A stretch of DNA of 64,000 nucleotides, taken from assembly GCF_016432865.1 (NCBI RefSeq), contig NC_067398.1, positions 97,402,001 through 97,466,000 of the forward strand. Direction: 5' to 3'. Numbering within the stretch: the stretch's first letter is position 1; every line of letters starts with the position of its first letter. This DNA comes from Antechinus flavipes (Eukaryota). A program made the translations under genes and the position numbers. Positions 1-11,859 of the stretch are shown piece by piece. The notes beneath the pieces were generated by a model. It saw only the letters and a list, made by a program, of their open reading frames with translations, searched no databases and was not told the DNA's origin.

Positions 1-102
1 TCTAGAACCTTTGAAATTGTATGAATGTTGATAGAGAATGCTATACTCTTAGCACTAGACCAGGCCCTCCACACCCTTTTCTTCCTTTGTTTTATTGTGG
101 AA

Positions 103-288
103 CAAACGTTGTTAAACGTTTCTTGTGTTATGGACCTATTTTGGCAAACTAGCAATACCTCAGAATAATGTTTTTAAATGCATAAAATGAAATGAAATAT
201 ATGATTGCAAAGGAAACCAATTTTTTTGAAATAATCATCAAAATAGATTAAAAAACCCAATTGGTAAACCTCAAATTAAGAATCTCTA
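103..288 (+). mobile_element. hAT-Charlie non-autonomous DNA transposon relic (Charlie4/MER80-like)
   Basis: Contains tgttatggacc...ctcagaataatgtttttaaatgcataaaatgaaat...aaaggaaaccaat and ends aaattaagaatctct (degenerate TIR). Five similar copies occur in the window. Family name from memory. Confidence 0.65.
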
Positions 289-669
289 TTTCAGAGCAAC
301 AATTTTAAGATTGACATGGTTTAGTAGTATGTCCCTAGATAACATTCTCACATTTAGAGTACCAACAAGTAAGTTTGTGTTTAGTGATAACCCTCAGATA
401 GTATAATTCCTAGCAATCTCTTCCATCTTTATCATCTTTCATCATCCTGCCCATTTTGTCTTTTTCTTTGTCTCATTGGTTATCATGAGCAAAGAATTTA
501 TCAAAATATATTATATCTCCTGTTCAGAATTTATCATGCTTAACCAGGCTTATTTTTGTGAAGTAGGCATAAATTGTTACCAATTGCATACCCCCAAGGC
601 TTTCCAGAATGGTAGAATTCTCCAGATTGTAGATTTCTACTGCATAGTATTTAAGAAAATAAGGTTATA

Positions 670-800
670 GGGCAGCTAGGTGATATAGTAGATAGAGTAG
701 ACTCTGTAGTCAGAAGGACCTGAGTTCTGAGTTCAAATGCAGCCTTAATTTCTTATTAGCTATAAGTAACTTAACTCTGATTGCTTCCAGAAGAAAGAAA
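670..800 (+). mobile_element. CORE-SINE 5' part (WSINE1/MAR1-like)
   Basis: gggcagctaggtgatatagtagatagagtag...agtcagaaggacctgagttc: tRNA-derived head with A/B-box-like motifs. Confidence 0.75.
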
Positions 801-894
801 GGTCACTTCCACCTTACAGTAACATGTTGTTGTAGGACTTTCTTCAGGGGGCTCATCAAAGTGGGTTTTAGAGTTTAAGGTATAGTAAACAGCA

Positions 895-1032
895 AGTAAG
901 TCACTCATTTTACAGGTTAGAAAACTGGGAATCAAAAATGTGAAGTCACTGCCCAAAGTTACACATCTTGGTATAGGTAGCAGAGCCAGGACTCAAATAC
1001 AGGACTTCTGAATCCAAATTTAATATGCTTGT
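895..1032 (-). mobile_element. MIR-family SINE fragment
   Basis: cattttacaggttagaaaactggga...gtcactgcccaaagttacaca...agagccaggactcaaatacagg is the reverse-strand MIR core. Confidence 0.7.
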
Positions 1033-1232
1033 CACTGAACTACATTGTCTTCTCTGTAAATACAGAGCAACAGAACCATACATTTCTGTTGCACTAAAGC
1101 AAACTTTTCTCATTCTGTATTAATAATAATAATAATAATAGATAACTTTTATATAGTGTCATATATCTACATAAAACTATATATATGTATATGTATACAT
1201 ATATACATACATATATATTATATATGTACAGC

Positions 1233-1726
1233 TAGGGACAACTGATGGCACAGTCACTTTTTTTTTAATAACTTTTTATTGACAGAACCCATGCCAGGGT
1301 AATTTTTTACAGCATTATCCCTTGCACTCACTTCTGTTCCGATTTTCCCCCTCCCGCCCTCCACCCCCTTCCCCAGATGGCAAGCAGTCCTTTACATGTT
1401 AAATAGATAACAATATATCCTAGATACAAATATATGTGTCCAGAACCAAACAGTTTTCTTGTTGCACAGGGAGAATTGAATTCAGAAGGTATAAATAACC
1501 CGGGAAGAAAAACAAAAATGCAAGCAGTTTATATTCATTTTCCATTGTTCTTTCTTTGGGTGTAGCTGCTTCGATGGCACAGTCACTTAACCCTATTTGC
1601 CTCAGTTGTCTCATCTGTAAAAATGTGCTAGAGAAAGAAATGAAAAATTCTTCTACTATCTTTGCCAAGAAAACCCCAGATGGAGTCATGAAGAGTAGAA
1701 CATGACTGAAATAACAGAATGACAAC
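1233..1726 (+). mobile_element. MAR1 SINE with internal deletion, interrupted by an L1 (host parts 1233-1259 and 1573-1726)
   Basis: The head gggacaactgatggcacagt is fused directly to cacttaaccctatttgcctcagtt. The MAR1 tail is tctttgccaagaaaaccccagatggagtcatgaagagtagaacatgactgaa. Confidence 0.75.
1260..1572 (-). mobile_element. Young 5'-truncated L1 3' end with perfect 16-bp TSD
   Basis: Poly-T followed by taactttttattgacagaacccatgccagggtaattttttacagcattatcccttgcactcacttctgttccg. TSD gatggcacagtcactt at 1244-1259 and 1573-1588; the second copy is followed by aa (TT/AA nick site). Confidence 0.92.
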
Positions 1727-1962
1727 TATATACCAAACTCTGGGCTAAACACTTTCCAAATATTACTTATCTCCTTTGATTTTCACAACAACTTTGGGCA
1801 TAGATACTATTATTATGTCCATTTTACAGTTGAAAAAAGTGAGGCAAACAGAAACTGAAACTTGTCCAAGATCATAGATCTAATAACTGTCTTGAAACTG
1901 TATCCAGGTCTATCTTGACTTCAGATCCAGTGCTCTATCCACTGGGCCATTCAACTGCCTCT
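1725..1962 (-). mobile_element. MIR/MAR-type SINE
   Basis: cattttacagttgaaaaaagtgaggcaaacaga...cagtgctctatccactgggccattcaactgcctc. Confidence 0.7.
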
Positions 1963-2790
1963 TTGAACTCTTTGTTATATATATTTGGTATGGATGAGCT
2001 TCCTACTGCAACATTTTGTAGAAATAGAACACATTTCAGCCTTGTCCATCCCTCAATCTCAGAGCATAAGTGCTCTTAAGCTGTCCACAATAGATACAAT
2101 TTTGTATTATTAATGAAGGTCTTTGTGGACATACATTTCTTCAACTGTCTTAGTCACCAATGCTGGTGTTTAACAGCAACTCCAGTATAAAATTTGTCTT
2201 CATGTAGTATGCAATCTATATCTCTCCTACTGCAAGTTAGATAAGTCGGTATTGTATGGTTTGGGGATAAAAGCAAGCACAGTGACTTGATTCCATACTA
2301 TCTTCACTTTTTTATAGTCTAAGAGTCATTTCTATTCTTCAAGGGTCATAAAAAAAATTCACTTTTTCATGTAGCTGGAAAAATGCACTTTTGGCCTTAG
2401 GGAAAGCCAGAGATAAAACAGTAAAACTCCAGCTTATCTTATTTTTTAAATGTGACAGTGATTCTGGTAATATGTGCTAATTTGCATAGTATTCACATGT
2501 AGATTTACATATAAAATTCAATATTCCATGTCATATATGTATAATTAATTAAATCAAAATGGTTAGCCTCCTATAATTATCTTACTCTCATTCTTTCACC
2601 CTCTTCCTTTCACTTATTTCTAAGTGGTTTTTTTTTTTTTTCCCAAAAAGGAAGGCATTTCAAACAAGAAAAAACTGGGCAGAGCTTAACAAGGATACTC
2701 ATTTAGGGATGATTGCCATAAAGTGCTTGTGGAAATGAGGCGGGACTGAAAGAAGCATAGCTCTGAGACCCAGAAGTGACCTTAAGAGAA

Positions 2791-2950
2791 TATATGTTCT
2801 ATTTAACATGTATAAGACTGCTTGTCATCTGGGGGAGGAGATGGAGGGAGGGAAGGGAAAAGTCAAAACAGAAATGAGTGCAAGGGATAATATTGTAAAA
2901 AAAAATCACCCAGGCATATGTTCTGTCAATAAAAAATTATAATAATAAAA
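2791..2950 (+). mobile_element. Young L1 3' end (5'-truncated)
   Basis: ctatttaacatgtataagactgcttgtcatctgggggagg...gagtgcaagggataatattgt...ctgtcaataaaaaattataataataaaa. It is the reverse complement of the same subfamily as 1260-1572. Confidence 0.85.
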
Positions 2951-2989
2951 TAGAGAGAACCATATTGCCAGGACTATATTACAGCTATT

Positions 2990-3140
2990 TTGTTTTTGGT
3001 TTTTGGTGAGGCAGTTGGGGTTAAATGACTTGCCCAAGGTCACACAGCTAGGACATGTTAAGTGTCTGAGACGAGATTTGAACTCAGGTCCTCCTGACTT
3101 CAAGGCTGGTGCTCTATCCATTGCACCACCTAGCTGCCCC
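2990..3140 (-). mobile_element. Full-length WSINE1-type CORE-SINE with 14-bp TSD
   Basis: gtgaggcagttggggttaaatgacttgcccaaggtcacacagctagg...ctctatccattgcaccacctagctgcccc. TSD atattacagctatt (2976-2989) / atactacagctatt (3141-3154), then aa. Confidence 0.92.
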
Positions 3141-3399
3141 ATACTACAGCTATTAACAGAGACTGAGACTTATTCATATAGAACTGTAACTAGGGTAAAG
3201 CAATAGGAGCTTTGTTCTAGGGACCATAATTTATAGGTCACTGAAAAAACTTGTATTCCTTTAGCTGGTTAAAATAACTGAGTTTATTATCCACTTAACA
3301 GAAATAATTAGTTAAAACAGGAAACTACCAGATGAAAAGATGGCCTTTCTCCTTGCAAACTCCAGCTTCTTCAGTTATGCCCTTGATACCAGCCTCTCC

Positions 3400-4157
3400 T
3401 GTCTCCTTTGGGAAGGCACCATTATCCATTCAGTGAGTCAGGTTTGCAGCCTTGGCGTTGACTTCAACTCTTCACTGTTCTGCACTTCTGTAGCCAAGAA
3501 GTTGCAACTCTTGACTATTTTGCCTCCCAAATAAATTCACTCCCATTCTCTTATCTCTTCTCCCCTGGATTATTACAGTGGCCCCCTAACTAAATTTCCT
3601 GAGCCCTAATTCTTTCCCAGTCTCTAATCCATTCTCTATACAATTGCCAAATTGATTTTTTCCTATAGTGTAGGTCTAACTATAACATTTCCCTGCTCCA
3701 AAAAGCCTCAGTGGTTTTCTCTTACTTCTCAGATTAAATACAAACATCTCTGATTATAGTCTACTTCTCCAGACTTATTATTGCTCATTACTCTTCCTCA
3801 TGTATTTTATGTTCCAGCCAAATGGACCTGCTTCTTCTTTCCTGTACATGGTATTTGTTCTTTTATCTGTGTGCCTTGCCCATGCTAGGAATGCACTTTT
3901 TCTTCAGATCTACCTCATAAACTCCCCTGGCTTCCTTTAAAGCTTGGTTCCAGTGCTACCTCCCTTGTGAAGATTACCTTGATCCCACCGAAATTTCTCT
4001 GTACCTATTGGGGGCTTATTTTCTTTGAACACTCAGTTTTTACTCAATAGAACAGAATCTTCTTGAGGACAAGAATTGTTTTGCTTTGGTCTTTATACTC
4101 CTAAGGCCTGACAGAATCCCAGGAGAATAGAACATACAATAAATGTTTATTAAAATG
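3400..4157 (+). mobile_element. L2 LINE 3' region
   Basis: ggattattacagtggccccctaact...ccctgctccaaaaagcctcagtgg...ttcttgaggacaagaattgttttgctttgg...caataaatgtttatt. Confidence 0.75.
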
Positions 4158-4164
4158 TACATGG

Positions 4165-4320
4165 AAAGAATGACAACAATGAGAAAAAAATACTCTGAAA
4201 CTGAATGCTATGTAATTAAAATGATTAAGCTTGGCTCGAAAGAAGAGAGGAAAAAATGTACCTCCTTTCCTTTCTTGCAGAGCAATATGGGTGTACAACA
4301 TTGCATAGCCTAGCAGTTTC
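4165..4320 (+). mobile_element. Old marsupial L1 3'UTR fragment
   Basis: gaatgctatgtaattaaaatgattaagcttggctcgaaagaagagagg...gcagagcaatatgggtgtacaacattgcata. Confidence 0.6.
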
Positions 4321-5397
4321 AGTTGTTAGGGGAAAAAAAGAAAGAAAAAAAGCAATTCAGCAAAACTAGCCTGAGTTATAAATGATAGAAAGGAAACTTT
4401 TAGAAAATTTAGGTGAGCAAAAACAAAAGGTATCAAGACATTTTTTCCCAAAAATTTGTTGAATGAATGATGGATGATATCATAGGAATGAAAGTGCCAG
4501 AAATGACTTCAAATTGATCTACTGGAACCCCCTACCTTCACTTGGAGCAAAACGTAGCTCTTTTAATCAATCACTTCAAAATTATCACTTGATACTTATC
4601 ATGTCATAGCAGATCTGGTATTTGAACTCTTAAAACTTCTTTCTCTGTCCACTATTTGTGTGGTCATTGTGATGGAGTGTAGTACTTTATTAGAGGACAG
4701 TTGTCACGTACTAATAAAATATACTGCTAAACTTTGTGGAGAAGATGGTCGTGTCTACTTAGAGAATAGCTGGCCAGGAGAGATGTACAAAAACAAAGGT
4801 GGTTCGAAGCCCCATTACTTTTTGTTGAGGTCCCACCCTGAATCTGAATGTGACCTCTGGAGAGCCATAGTTGTCTAGGGAGTGTAGCTCCTTCTTTTGT
4901 GGGAAGGGATGCTTCTGGGTTATTGCCACTGACTCGCCTCATTCTTCTCTTGCAGGTGCTAGAAAGGAGACTCAGTGACCACTGATTACCCCAAATAGAG
5001 ATGAATGGAAAAGCTTTTAGTTGTGTGCATGCAAATGTGCACATTTGTGTATGTGTGGTCCTAGAAGCAAGGAGCAGGCAGGGACCAGACTGAAAAATAA
5101 AGCATTTTAAAATAACACATTTTTTCCCCACTGAGAAATAGAGTTACCACCCCTGGAATTCTTACCCAGGCTAAAAAACAAAACAAGAACCCCACCTCTT
5201 TGGGGACCAAACAAAGAAAATATGAACATTTTCATGGTGGGTGAGTAGGGAGAGGGAACCTAATTCTCTGTGCTTTGGGGAATGGAAATAACAAAGCCTG
5301 GAAGAAATGTATCTCTATGGACATGCAGCTGCAAAGGGTATTGGCAGCCACCATCATGGGTGGGTTTGCTGACCTGGTCAAGCACCACCCACAGGAT

Positions 5398-5995
5398 TAT
5401 GGAATCACTGAATCTCACAGTTGGAAGAGACCATGGATTGTCTAGCCCAATTCAGATATCCCGGACTAGTAAGTGACCACTTGGCCTTCACATGAAGTCC
5501 TTCAAAAATGAGTAAGAATACTGTTCTTCCCTAAGCATTCACCTTTGGACATCTCTTAAGGGTGAGGAAACTTCCAAAAAGTCAACCCAAGCTTTCCTCT
5601 CAAGAATATCTACCCTTTGCTTCAATTCCTGCCTTTAGAAGTTAAAAAGGAATGAATCTACTACTCATTATTCCATTTAATAGTCTTTCATATATTTGAA
5701 GATGGATAGCACTTCCAAAGATTCCCCTCTCTATCTTAAACTTTTTTTAAAAAAAAATTTAAATTCTATATTCAATTAACAAACATTGATTTTCTCTCTT
5801 TCCCACATCTCCCTGCTTACTGAAAAAATAAAAAAAATAAAAAACAAACCTTGTTAACAAATATGCATTGTTCTTCTGGTTATAATCTAGCCTTTTTTTA
5901 AATGCGGTACTTAGAATTGAGGACAATATCACAGATGCAGTCTGACTGCAACAAGAATATAACCTCCTTTGTCTAGACTAGTAATTCCATTAGTG
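5398..5995 (-). mobile_element. L3/CR1 3' region, interrupted by an old L1 3' end at about 5742-5870
   Basis: Begins ggaatcactgaatctcacagttggaagagacc, continues tttcatatatttgaagatggatagc, and resumes after the L1 piece with gcggtacttagaattgaggacaatatcacagatgcagtctgac. Confidence 0.65.
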
Positions 5996-6272
5996 CTAAA
6001 TACTACTCCAAAGCTTCATTGTGGCGCAAAGGTGACCATGGGTTCATTAAAAAAAATATATTGTTGATGCCTTTTGTTTTTTGTACCAGTAATTTCCTGG
6101 TATGCTCCAACCACTGCTTCTTTGCTTCCTACCTATAACAAAGAAAAAGAGTTAAACAACCAACTGTATCTGCTAGAATTTTATATCCATGATTCCCCCC
6201 CCTCCACCCCAACACTCTATTGATTAGGAGGGAAATGTGCTTCATCAGCTGTTTCCCAGGATAAAGATTTGA

Positions 6273-6440
6273 NNNNNNNNNNNNNNNNNNNNNNNNNNNN
6301 NNNNNNNNNNNNNNNNNNNNNNNNNNNNNNNNNNNNNNNNNNNNNNNNNNNNNNNNNNNNNNNNNNNNNNNNNNNNNNNNNNNNNNNNNNNNNNNNNNNN
6401 NNNNNNNNNNNNNNNNNNNNNNNNNNNNNNNNNNNNNNNN
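6273..6440. other. Assembly gap (168 N)
   Basis: Run of N. Confidence 1.
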
Positions 6441-6679
6441 GGAGAGAAGGAAAGGAGGAAAGGAGAAAGGGAGAAAGGAAAGGAATGAGGGAGGGAGGAA
6501 AGGAATGAGGGAGTGAGAGAAGGAAAGAAGGAAGGAAGGGGAGAGAAGGGAAAAGAGGAAGGGCAAGGGAAAGGAGGAAGGAATGAAGGAGAGAAGGAAA
6601 GAAAGGAGGGGGAGAAGGAAGGGAAGGAGGGGGAGAAGGAAGGGAGGGAGGAAAGAAGGGAGGGAGGGAAGAAGAGTTA
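6441..6679. repeat. Purine-only GA-rich low-complexity repeat between two gaps
   Basis: Mixture of ggaa/ggga/gaga units. Confidence 0.95.
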
Positions 6680-6823
6680 NNNNNNNNNNNNNNNNNNNNN
6701 NNNNNNNNNNNNNNNNNNNNNNNNNNNNNNNNNNNNNNNNNNNNNNNNNNNNNNNNNNNNNNNNNNNNNNNNNNNNNNNNNNNNNNNNNNNNNNNNNNNN
6801 NNNNNNNNNNNNNNNNNNNNNNN
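6680..6823. other. Assembly gap (144 N)
   Basis: Run of N. Confidence 1.
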
Positions 6824-7055
6824 GAAATGATTTATTAAGCACTTATTGACTTGTGCTAAGTGTTTTACAAATATTATCTCATTTAATCCTCACAATCACC
6901 TTAGGAAGTGCTAGTATTATCCCCATTTTAAAGTTGAGGAAATTGAAATAGAAATTAGGTGACACCCACATACATAGTATGTGTCATAGTATAGTGTCTG
7001 AGGCAGGATTTGAATTCTAGGCAGTGCTCTATCCATTGCATCACTTAGCTGCTTC
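6824..7055 (-). mobile_element. MIR-type SINE
   Basis: atttattaagcactta...gtgctaagtgttttacaaatattatctcatttaatcctcacaa...gtgtctgaggcaggatttgaa...ctatccattgcatcacttagctgc. Confidence 0.8.
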
Positions 7056-7364
7056 GAATAGTTACGAGAGAGACAAACTGTGCTTTGGAAGGAAGGGAGG
7101 GAGGGAGAGAGGGAGATCAGCTTTTACCATCCTGGATGGGCTACCCTACAAGTATGATTTGACTTAGGCAGAATATAGTAGTCCTATCATCTTCACAGAA
7201 CCAGACACAATAGTAGCTACATTAGCTACATTAGTAGCCAATGAAACCAACGACAAACCCTGCCTGTGATACAAGAATCAAGCTAGCTAAGAAAAAAAAG
7301 AATCATTACTGGCAAATTAGCCACTAGGAAACAAATTTTTCAGTTATGGAAAGATCATGTTAAT

Positions 7365-7510
7365 GTTTTTGGCTGACACATCACACTGTTGACTCACATT
7401 GAGCTTACAGTCAGCTAAAACCTCTAGGTTTTTTCTCATAAGTTTAAGTCCAACCACATCTCCCTATCCTGTACTTGTATGGTTAATTTTTTTGAACCCA
7501 AGGGTATGAC
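7365..7510 (-). mobile_element. L3/CR1 fragment
   Basis: tttggctgacacatcacactgttgactcacattgagcttacagtc...ctgtacttgtatggttaatttttttgaacccaag. Confidence 0.7.
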
Positions 7511-8110
7511 CCAAATATAAGACTTTCCAAGAGTGGGGCCATCGGTAGTCTGTATTCTTGAACTGTAGAAAAGCAGAATAGTCAGATGCTCCACAGCCTT
7601 TGGAATGAAACTGCATCATTATGTTAGCTATACCTTTTTGTTGTTGTTAAACTTCAAAAAAAAACGAGGGATCAACCCTTGCTCCTCAAGACAACATAAC
7701 TCCCAATCCCAAAAGTGTCTCTTCAAATTGGAGTTCCTTCTGAAATCAGTACATGAACTCTTTCAGGGAGTGCACTGTTTAACTTGGCTCGCTTCAGTGT
7801 TGCCGTGAATAATATGTTGAACTTAACTTTCAAGCTGCACAAATGCATAGTCCAAGATTACTGCCTACATAAGCTTTTCTGATCTGAGTTGATACAGCTG
7901 CTTTGCCCCCATCAAATGACTGCTTTGCCTGCTTGGGCTTCAATGGGCCTCGTAAAATTTCTGTGGGCAGTAGAACCAGGTCAAGCTGCATGGACCAGTC
8001 TGGGACACCCAAACTATTCCCTAAGAGAATTGGCATGAGCTGGGAACAATAATTTCCTTCTGAGGCATTCGTCCTCTGCAATGGAAAGGTAACCAGCACT
8101 GTTGGATTTT

Positions 8111-8378
8111 GGGGCTGCTAGGTGGTATTGTGAATAAAGCAAAAAATAAAGGACTGAGAATCAGAAAGACTCATTTTTCTGAGTTCAAATGCAACCTCAG
8201 AGACTTAGTAGCTGTGTGACCTTGGACAAGTTACTTAATCCTGTGCCTCAGTGTCCTCATCTGTAAAATGAAATGAGAAGGAAATGGCAAATCATTTTAT
8301 TATCTTTGCCAAGAAAATCCTAAATGTTGTCACAAAGAGTTAGACATTACTAAAAAAAAATTTACTCAATAATAACAA
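8111..8378 (+). mobile_element. MAR1 SINE, full length
   Basis: gggctgctaggtgg...agctgtgtgaccttggacaagttacttaa...gagaaggaaatggcaaa...tctttgccaagaaaatcc. Confidence 0.85.
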
Positions 8379-9044
8379 CATTGCTGGGATTCCCCCTTTA
8401 AAAAAACATCAAAAGTAAAAACTGGAATTAAGGAACAGCTTAATCATGGAATGATCTTTTGATTTGTCACAGCCTCCCCCTAAATAAAAATCTAATAGAT
8501 TTCAAATTGAATTTCATTTATAAGAATTTGATTTGGATGCCTTTTATTTTCTGGGAAATCTCCTATACCATAAGGCAAAGTATGTGTCAGCATGGTTTTC
8601 ATAAATGAGTAAAATTATGTTAATTGACTTAATTTTATTACCAGCATTATCTTTGAGACAGGACAATGTAATAAACAAATTGTGTGATCTGACAAATATT
8701 GAATGCTTATTTTCAAGGCTTTCGTATCAACTATGAGTGAGTAGGGGCTCAGTTGGCAAATATTTCCTGGTTTACAGAGGAGCCCACCCTCTTATCTTGG
8801 CTTAACTGTCTGGGTCTAATAACACCTCCCCCACAAGTCTACTGGGAAACCAGAGCATTTCTAAAGTGAAAGATGATGAAGATGTTCTAGAAGAGAAGTG
8901 ATTATGATTATAAATTATAAATGATAATTACAATTAATCATATCAGACCCTCACAGCCTCCCGACATCATAACCTAATTCTGGGAGATTTATCATTTTCA
9001 TGCTCCTTTGAGCTTAGAAAGGATTCTTACCTTATATACAATTC

Positions 9045-9540
9045 CAGAATCAAAGAATCACCGAATTTCACCATTTAGTCCAACCCATACTGATAAAGGA
9101 CCCCATTAACAACATTTGTGGTTGAGTCATTTTAGTCATGTCCGATTCTCCATGACTCCATTTTGGGGTTTTCTTGGCAACGATATGGAAGTGATTCCTT
9201 CTCAGCTCATTTTACAGATAAGGAAACTGAGGCAAACAGAGTTGAGTGACTTGCCCAGGGTCATACAATTTAGTGCCTGAAATAAAATTTGAACTTCAGT
9301 CCTCCTGACTCCATGCTCTACCCACTGTATCACTTAGTTGCTGTTTTTGAAACATACATACCAAATAATCATTCAACCTTTATATGAAGATCTACAAAAA
9401 GAAGGAAACATAATACCTCCAAAGGCAATTCAATTTACTCTATAAATTAGAGCTATTCCAAATTTCTAATTGTTAGGAACTTGTTCTTTGCCTCAAGTCA
9501 AAATTGACCTCTTTGTAATATCTGTCCATTACTCCTACTT
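9045..9540 (-). mobile_element. L3/CR1 3' end with a nested MAR1 (-) at about 9118-9342
   Basis: L3 agaatcaaagaatc...ccatttagtccaacccatac resumes after the MAR1 (ggggttttcttggcaacgatatggaagtg...gacttgcccagggtcatac) with ctaattgttaggaacttgttc. Confidence 0.7.
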
Positions 9541-9544
9541 AATA

Positions 9545-9800
9545 ATGATAACTAGTAATTCCATGCTGCTTTTATAGCTTGCAAAGCGTTTTACATATTT
9601 TAATTCATTACATCTTCATGTCAACACTGTGAGATAAGTTATTTATCATTAGAGCTATTTTACAGATGCAGAAACTGAGACCCAGAAGCATTATATGACA
9701 TTAATACATTTTAATTCATGTCAACCTTGTGAGATAAGGTATTTATTATTAGAGCTATTTCATAACTGCAGAAACTGAGGCTCAGAAGTAATATGTGATT
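9545..9800 (-). mobile_element. MIR fragment carrying an internal 100-bp-period tandem duplication
   Basis: ttcatgtcaacactgtgagataag...gcagaaactgagacccagaag (9615-9699) is repeated at 9715-9799. Confidence 0.75.
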
Positions 9801-11179
9801 TGTTACCCTCCTACAAAGAAACACTCAATGTACAATATGGATGTCTGAGAAAGCCTTCATTTCACCCCACAAAAATGTAATAGATGCAAAACCTCAAAAA
9901 TCACATATGAGCAAATATGTATAACAAACACAAAACATTTAGTTCATTATTTGTATTGTACAATTATCCTTCCCCATCTTGACTTTCCCAATGCAGTTTT
10001 GCAGATATAGTTGGTTGGCATTAGAAACTAAATGGGAATTTTTGGATAATTTTGAGGAAGCTCAGAAACTCAGAAATGCACAGAATACATGTATGGTATT
10101 ATATAATATCAACATGTTTTATTTTTAATGCCATAATAATACAGACTTCTTCTCTGGTATGAAAAGAGGGCCAAAAATTTTTATGGGGATTTTCCAGATT
10201 GCAGGGAAGGTGCCAAACCCCTGACCACCTCCCTCCCCCCAAAAAACCTACAATATATGAGGGATAATACCCTCTTAGAAGGTAAAGATGACTTTATAGG
10301 ACTACTAACCAGATACCATCTTGAATTTGCACTAACTAATTCACCAACATTATCACAGAGAATTGACAAGGTCCAGAGCTCCTGCCCAGCCAGAGGAAGT
10401 GGCTTTCCCTAGTCCTCCAAAATCAGGGTGATCCTGGCATCTTGCCTCTCCTTCTGGAAATTTTCTTCTGGGCAATTGTCATTCAATTTTGAGACTCAAG
10501 AATTCTCAACTAATAGATAACGCTAGGTTGGCAATGTCTAATTCTAAGGATCACTAATTGTTGACCTGTATTCATAAAAGGAAACAGAAAAGTTGGAGTC
10601 ATCACAGGTTTCAAGTTTCAGTCAATGCTTGTCTCCCATACAGCCATGTGCTATGGCTGGAAGCTGCCCCCTGGCTCCATGCCTTCCTCCCCAAACACTC
10701 TCCAGATAGAATTCCAAGATATACAAAAACTTTGAAAAAAATAAAGACTGAAGGGTATTCTCATTCCTATAGACTACAAAGAAAGACAAATCCATCCTCT
10801 CCTTCCCCCACTCCCCACAAGGGACTTACATTGGAAGAATTCACTCTGTCTTCTCAGCAATGCCCTCTTCTCCTAAGCAAGGCACAAAATGTCCCTTTTT
10901 GTCAATCCCAACAAATTGATTGGGGGCATTATTAAATTCAACAGAGGCACTTCTGATTACCCCTGCGGCATCTCTGTGCCTTGGTAAACATCTTTTCCAC
11001 TGGGTCTTGTTACATACATCATTTCCATCTCTTTACTGTATATTTCTTTCTTTTCTATTCCATGTGATGTTAAAACATCCATTTCAATTTTCTTTTAGGA
11101 ATTTATCTTTCTGACGTAGTTTCTCAAGCCTGCCTTACTTTTCTTTCTCCATTTATGAATGTCCCATTTTTCCTTTTGG

Positions 11180-11330
11180 TATTTGTGCTGATATCCTAAA
11201 GATATAAAAAGAATGAGGAAGGAAAGTTTTCCAGTGAGTTGGGTAGACTGTCTCTGGGAGTTTATGGTAAAACATCAGTGAGTGTTGCACAGGATGAGAA
11301 AGTATCTGAATGCTGTGATGTGAATCATAA
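11180..11330 (+). mobile_element. Possible RTE-type LINE 3' fragment
   Basis: gggtagactgtctctgggagtttatggtaaaacatcagtgagtgttgcacaggatgagaaag resembles marsupial RTE 3' ends as remembered; highly decayed. Confidence 0.35.
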
Positions 11331-11371
11331 GATTTAAAGCTCTAAGGGACCTTGGAGAACTTTGAGTGATT

Positions 11372-11472
11372 CAGGGACGTGCTGGTAAATGTTTAACAAC
11401 CAGCTATCAAAAAATATGCCCAAGATGCTTTTTTCAGTTTTATCTTCATTATTAATATTTCCCCCATCATTT
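11372..11472 (-). mobile_element. MER63-like (hAT-Blackjack) terminal fragment inside a MIR3
   Basis: TIR-like cagggacgtgctggtaaatgtttaacaaccagct. Confidence 0.65.
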
Positions 11473-11626
11473 TCAACCCCTTTCGTTTATAGAGAAGGAA
11501 ACAGTTCTAAAGATATGAAATTATTTGTCCAGAGTCACAAAGCAGGAAGGAAATTATAGTTAGAAGTTCAAATTCTAGCTTTTGTGTGACTTTGGGCAAA
11601 GTATTTCCTCATTTGTTGAATCTGAT

Positions 11627-11859
11627 GAGGGGTTCTTAATCAGGAGTCTCTGTTTCTGAAAAAATGTTTTAACTATATTTCAATATAATTGCCTTCCTTT
11701 TAATTTAATTTTATAAATTAAAAAATAATATAAATTTTTAAATCTTAAAAATAAAAATATATTTTATAAATCTAAAAATATCTTTTATAAATTTTAAAAA
11801 TATATGGTTTAATAGACTGCCAGAGGGATCTATAAAACAAAAAGGATTAAGAATCCCTG
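11627..11859 (-). mobile_element. Charlie4-like hAT relic with both TIRs and AT-rich internal expansion
   Basis: Ends gaggggttcttaatc...gattaagaatccctg; internal tatttcaatataattg and agactgccagagggatc. Confidence 0.75.

Noticed and set aside
6129-6849. ORFs up to 237 aa around the first gaps
   Set aside because: Open only because N runs and purine repeats lack stops.
7830-8099. 89-aa minus ORF and a plus-strand donor at about 8089
   Set aside because: All plus frames hit stops within about 60 nt of the donor; the minus ORF is unrecognisable.
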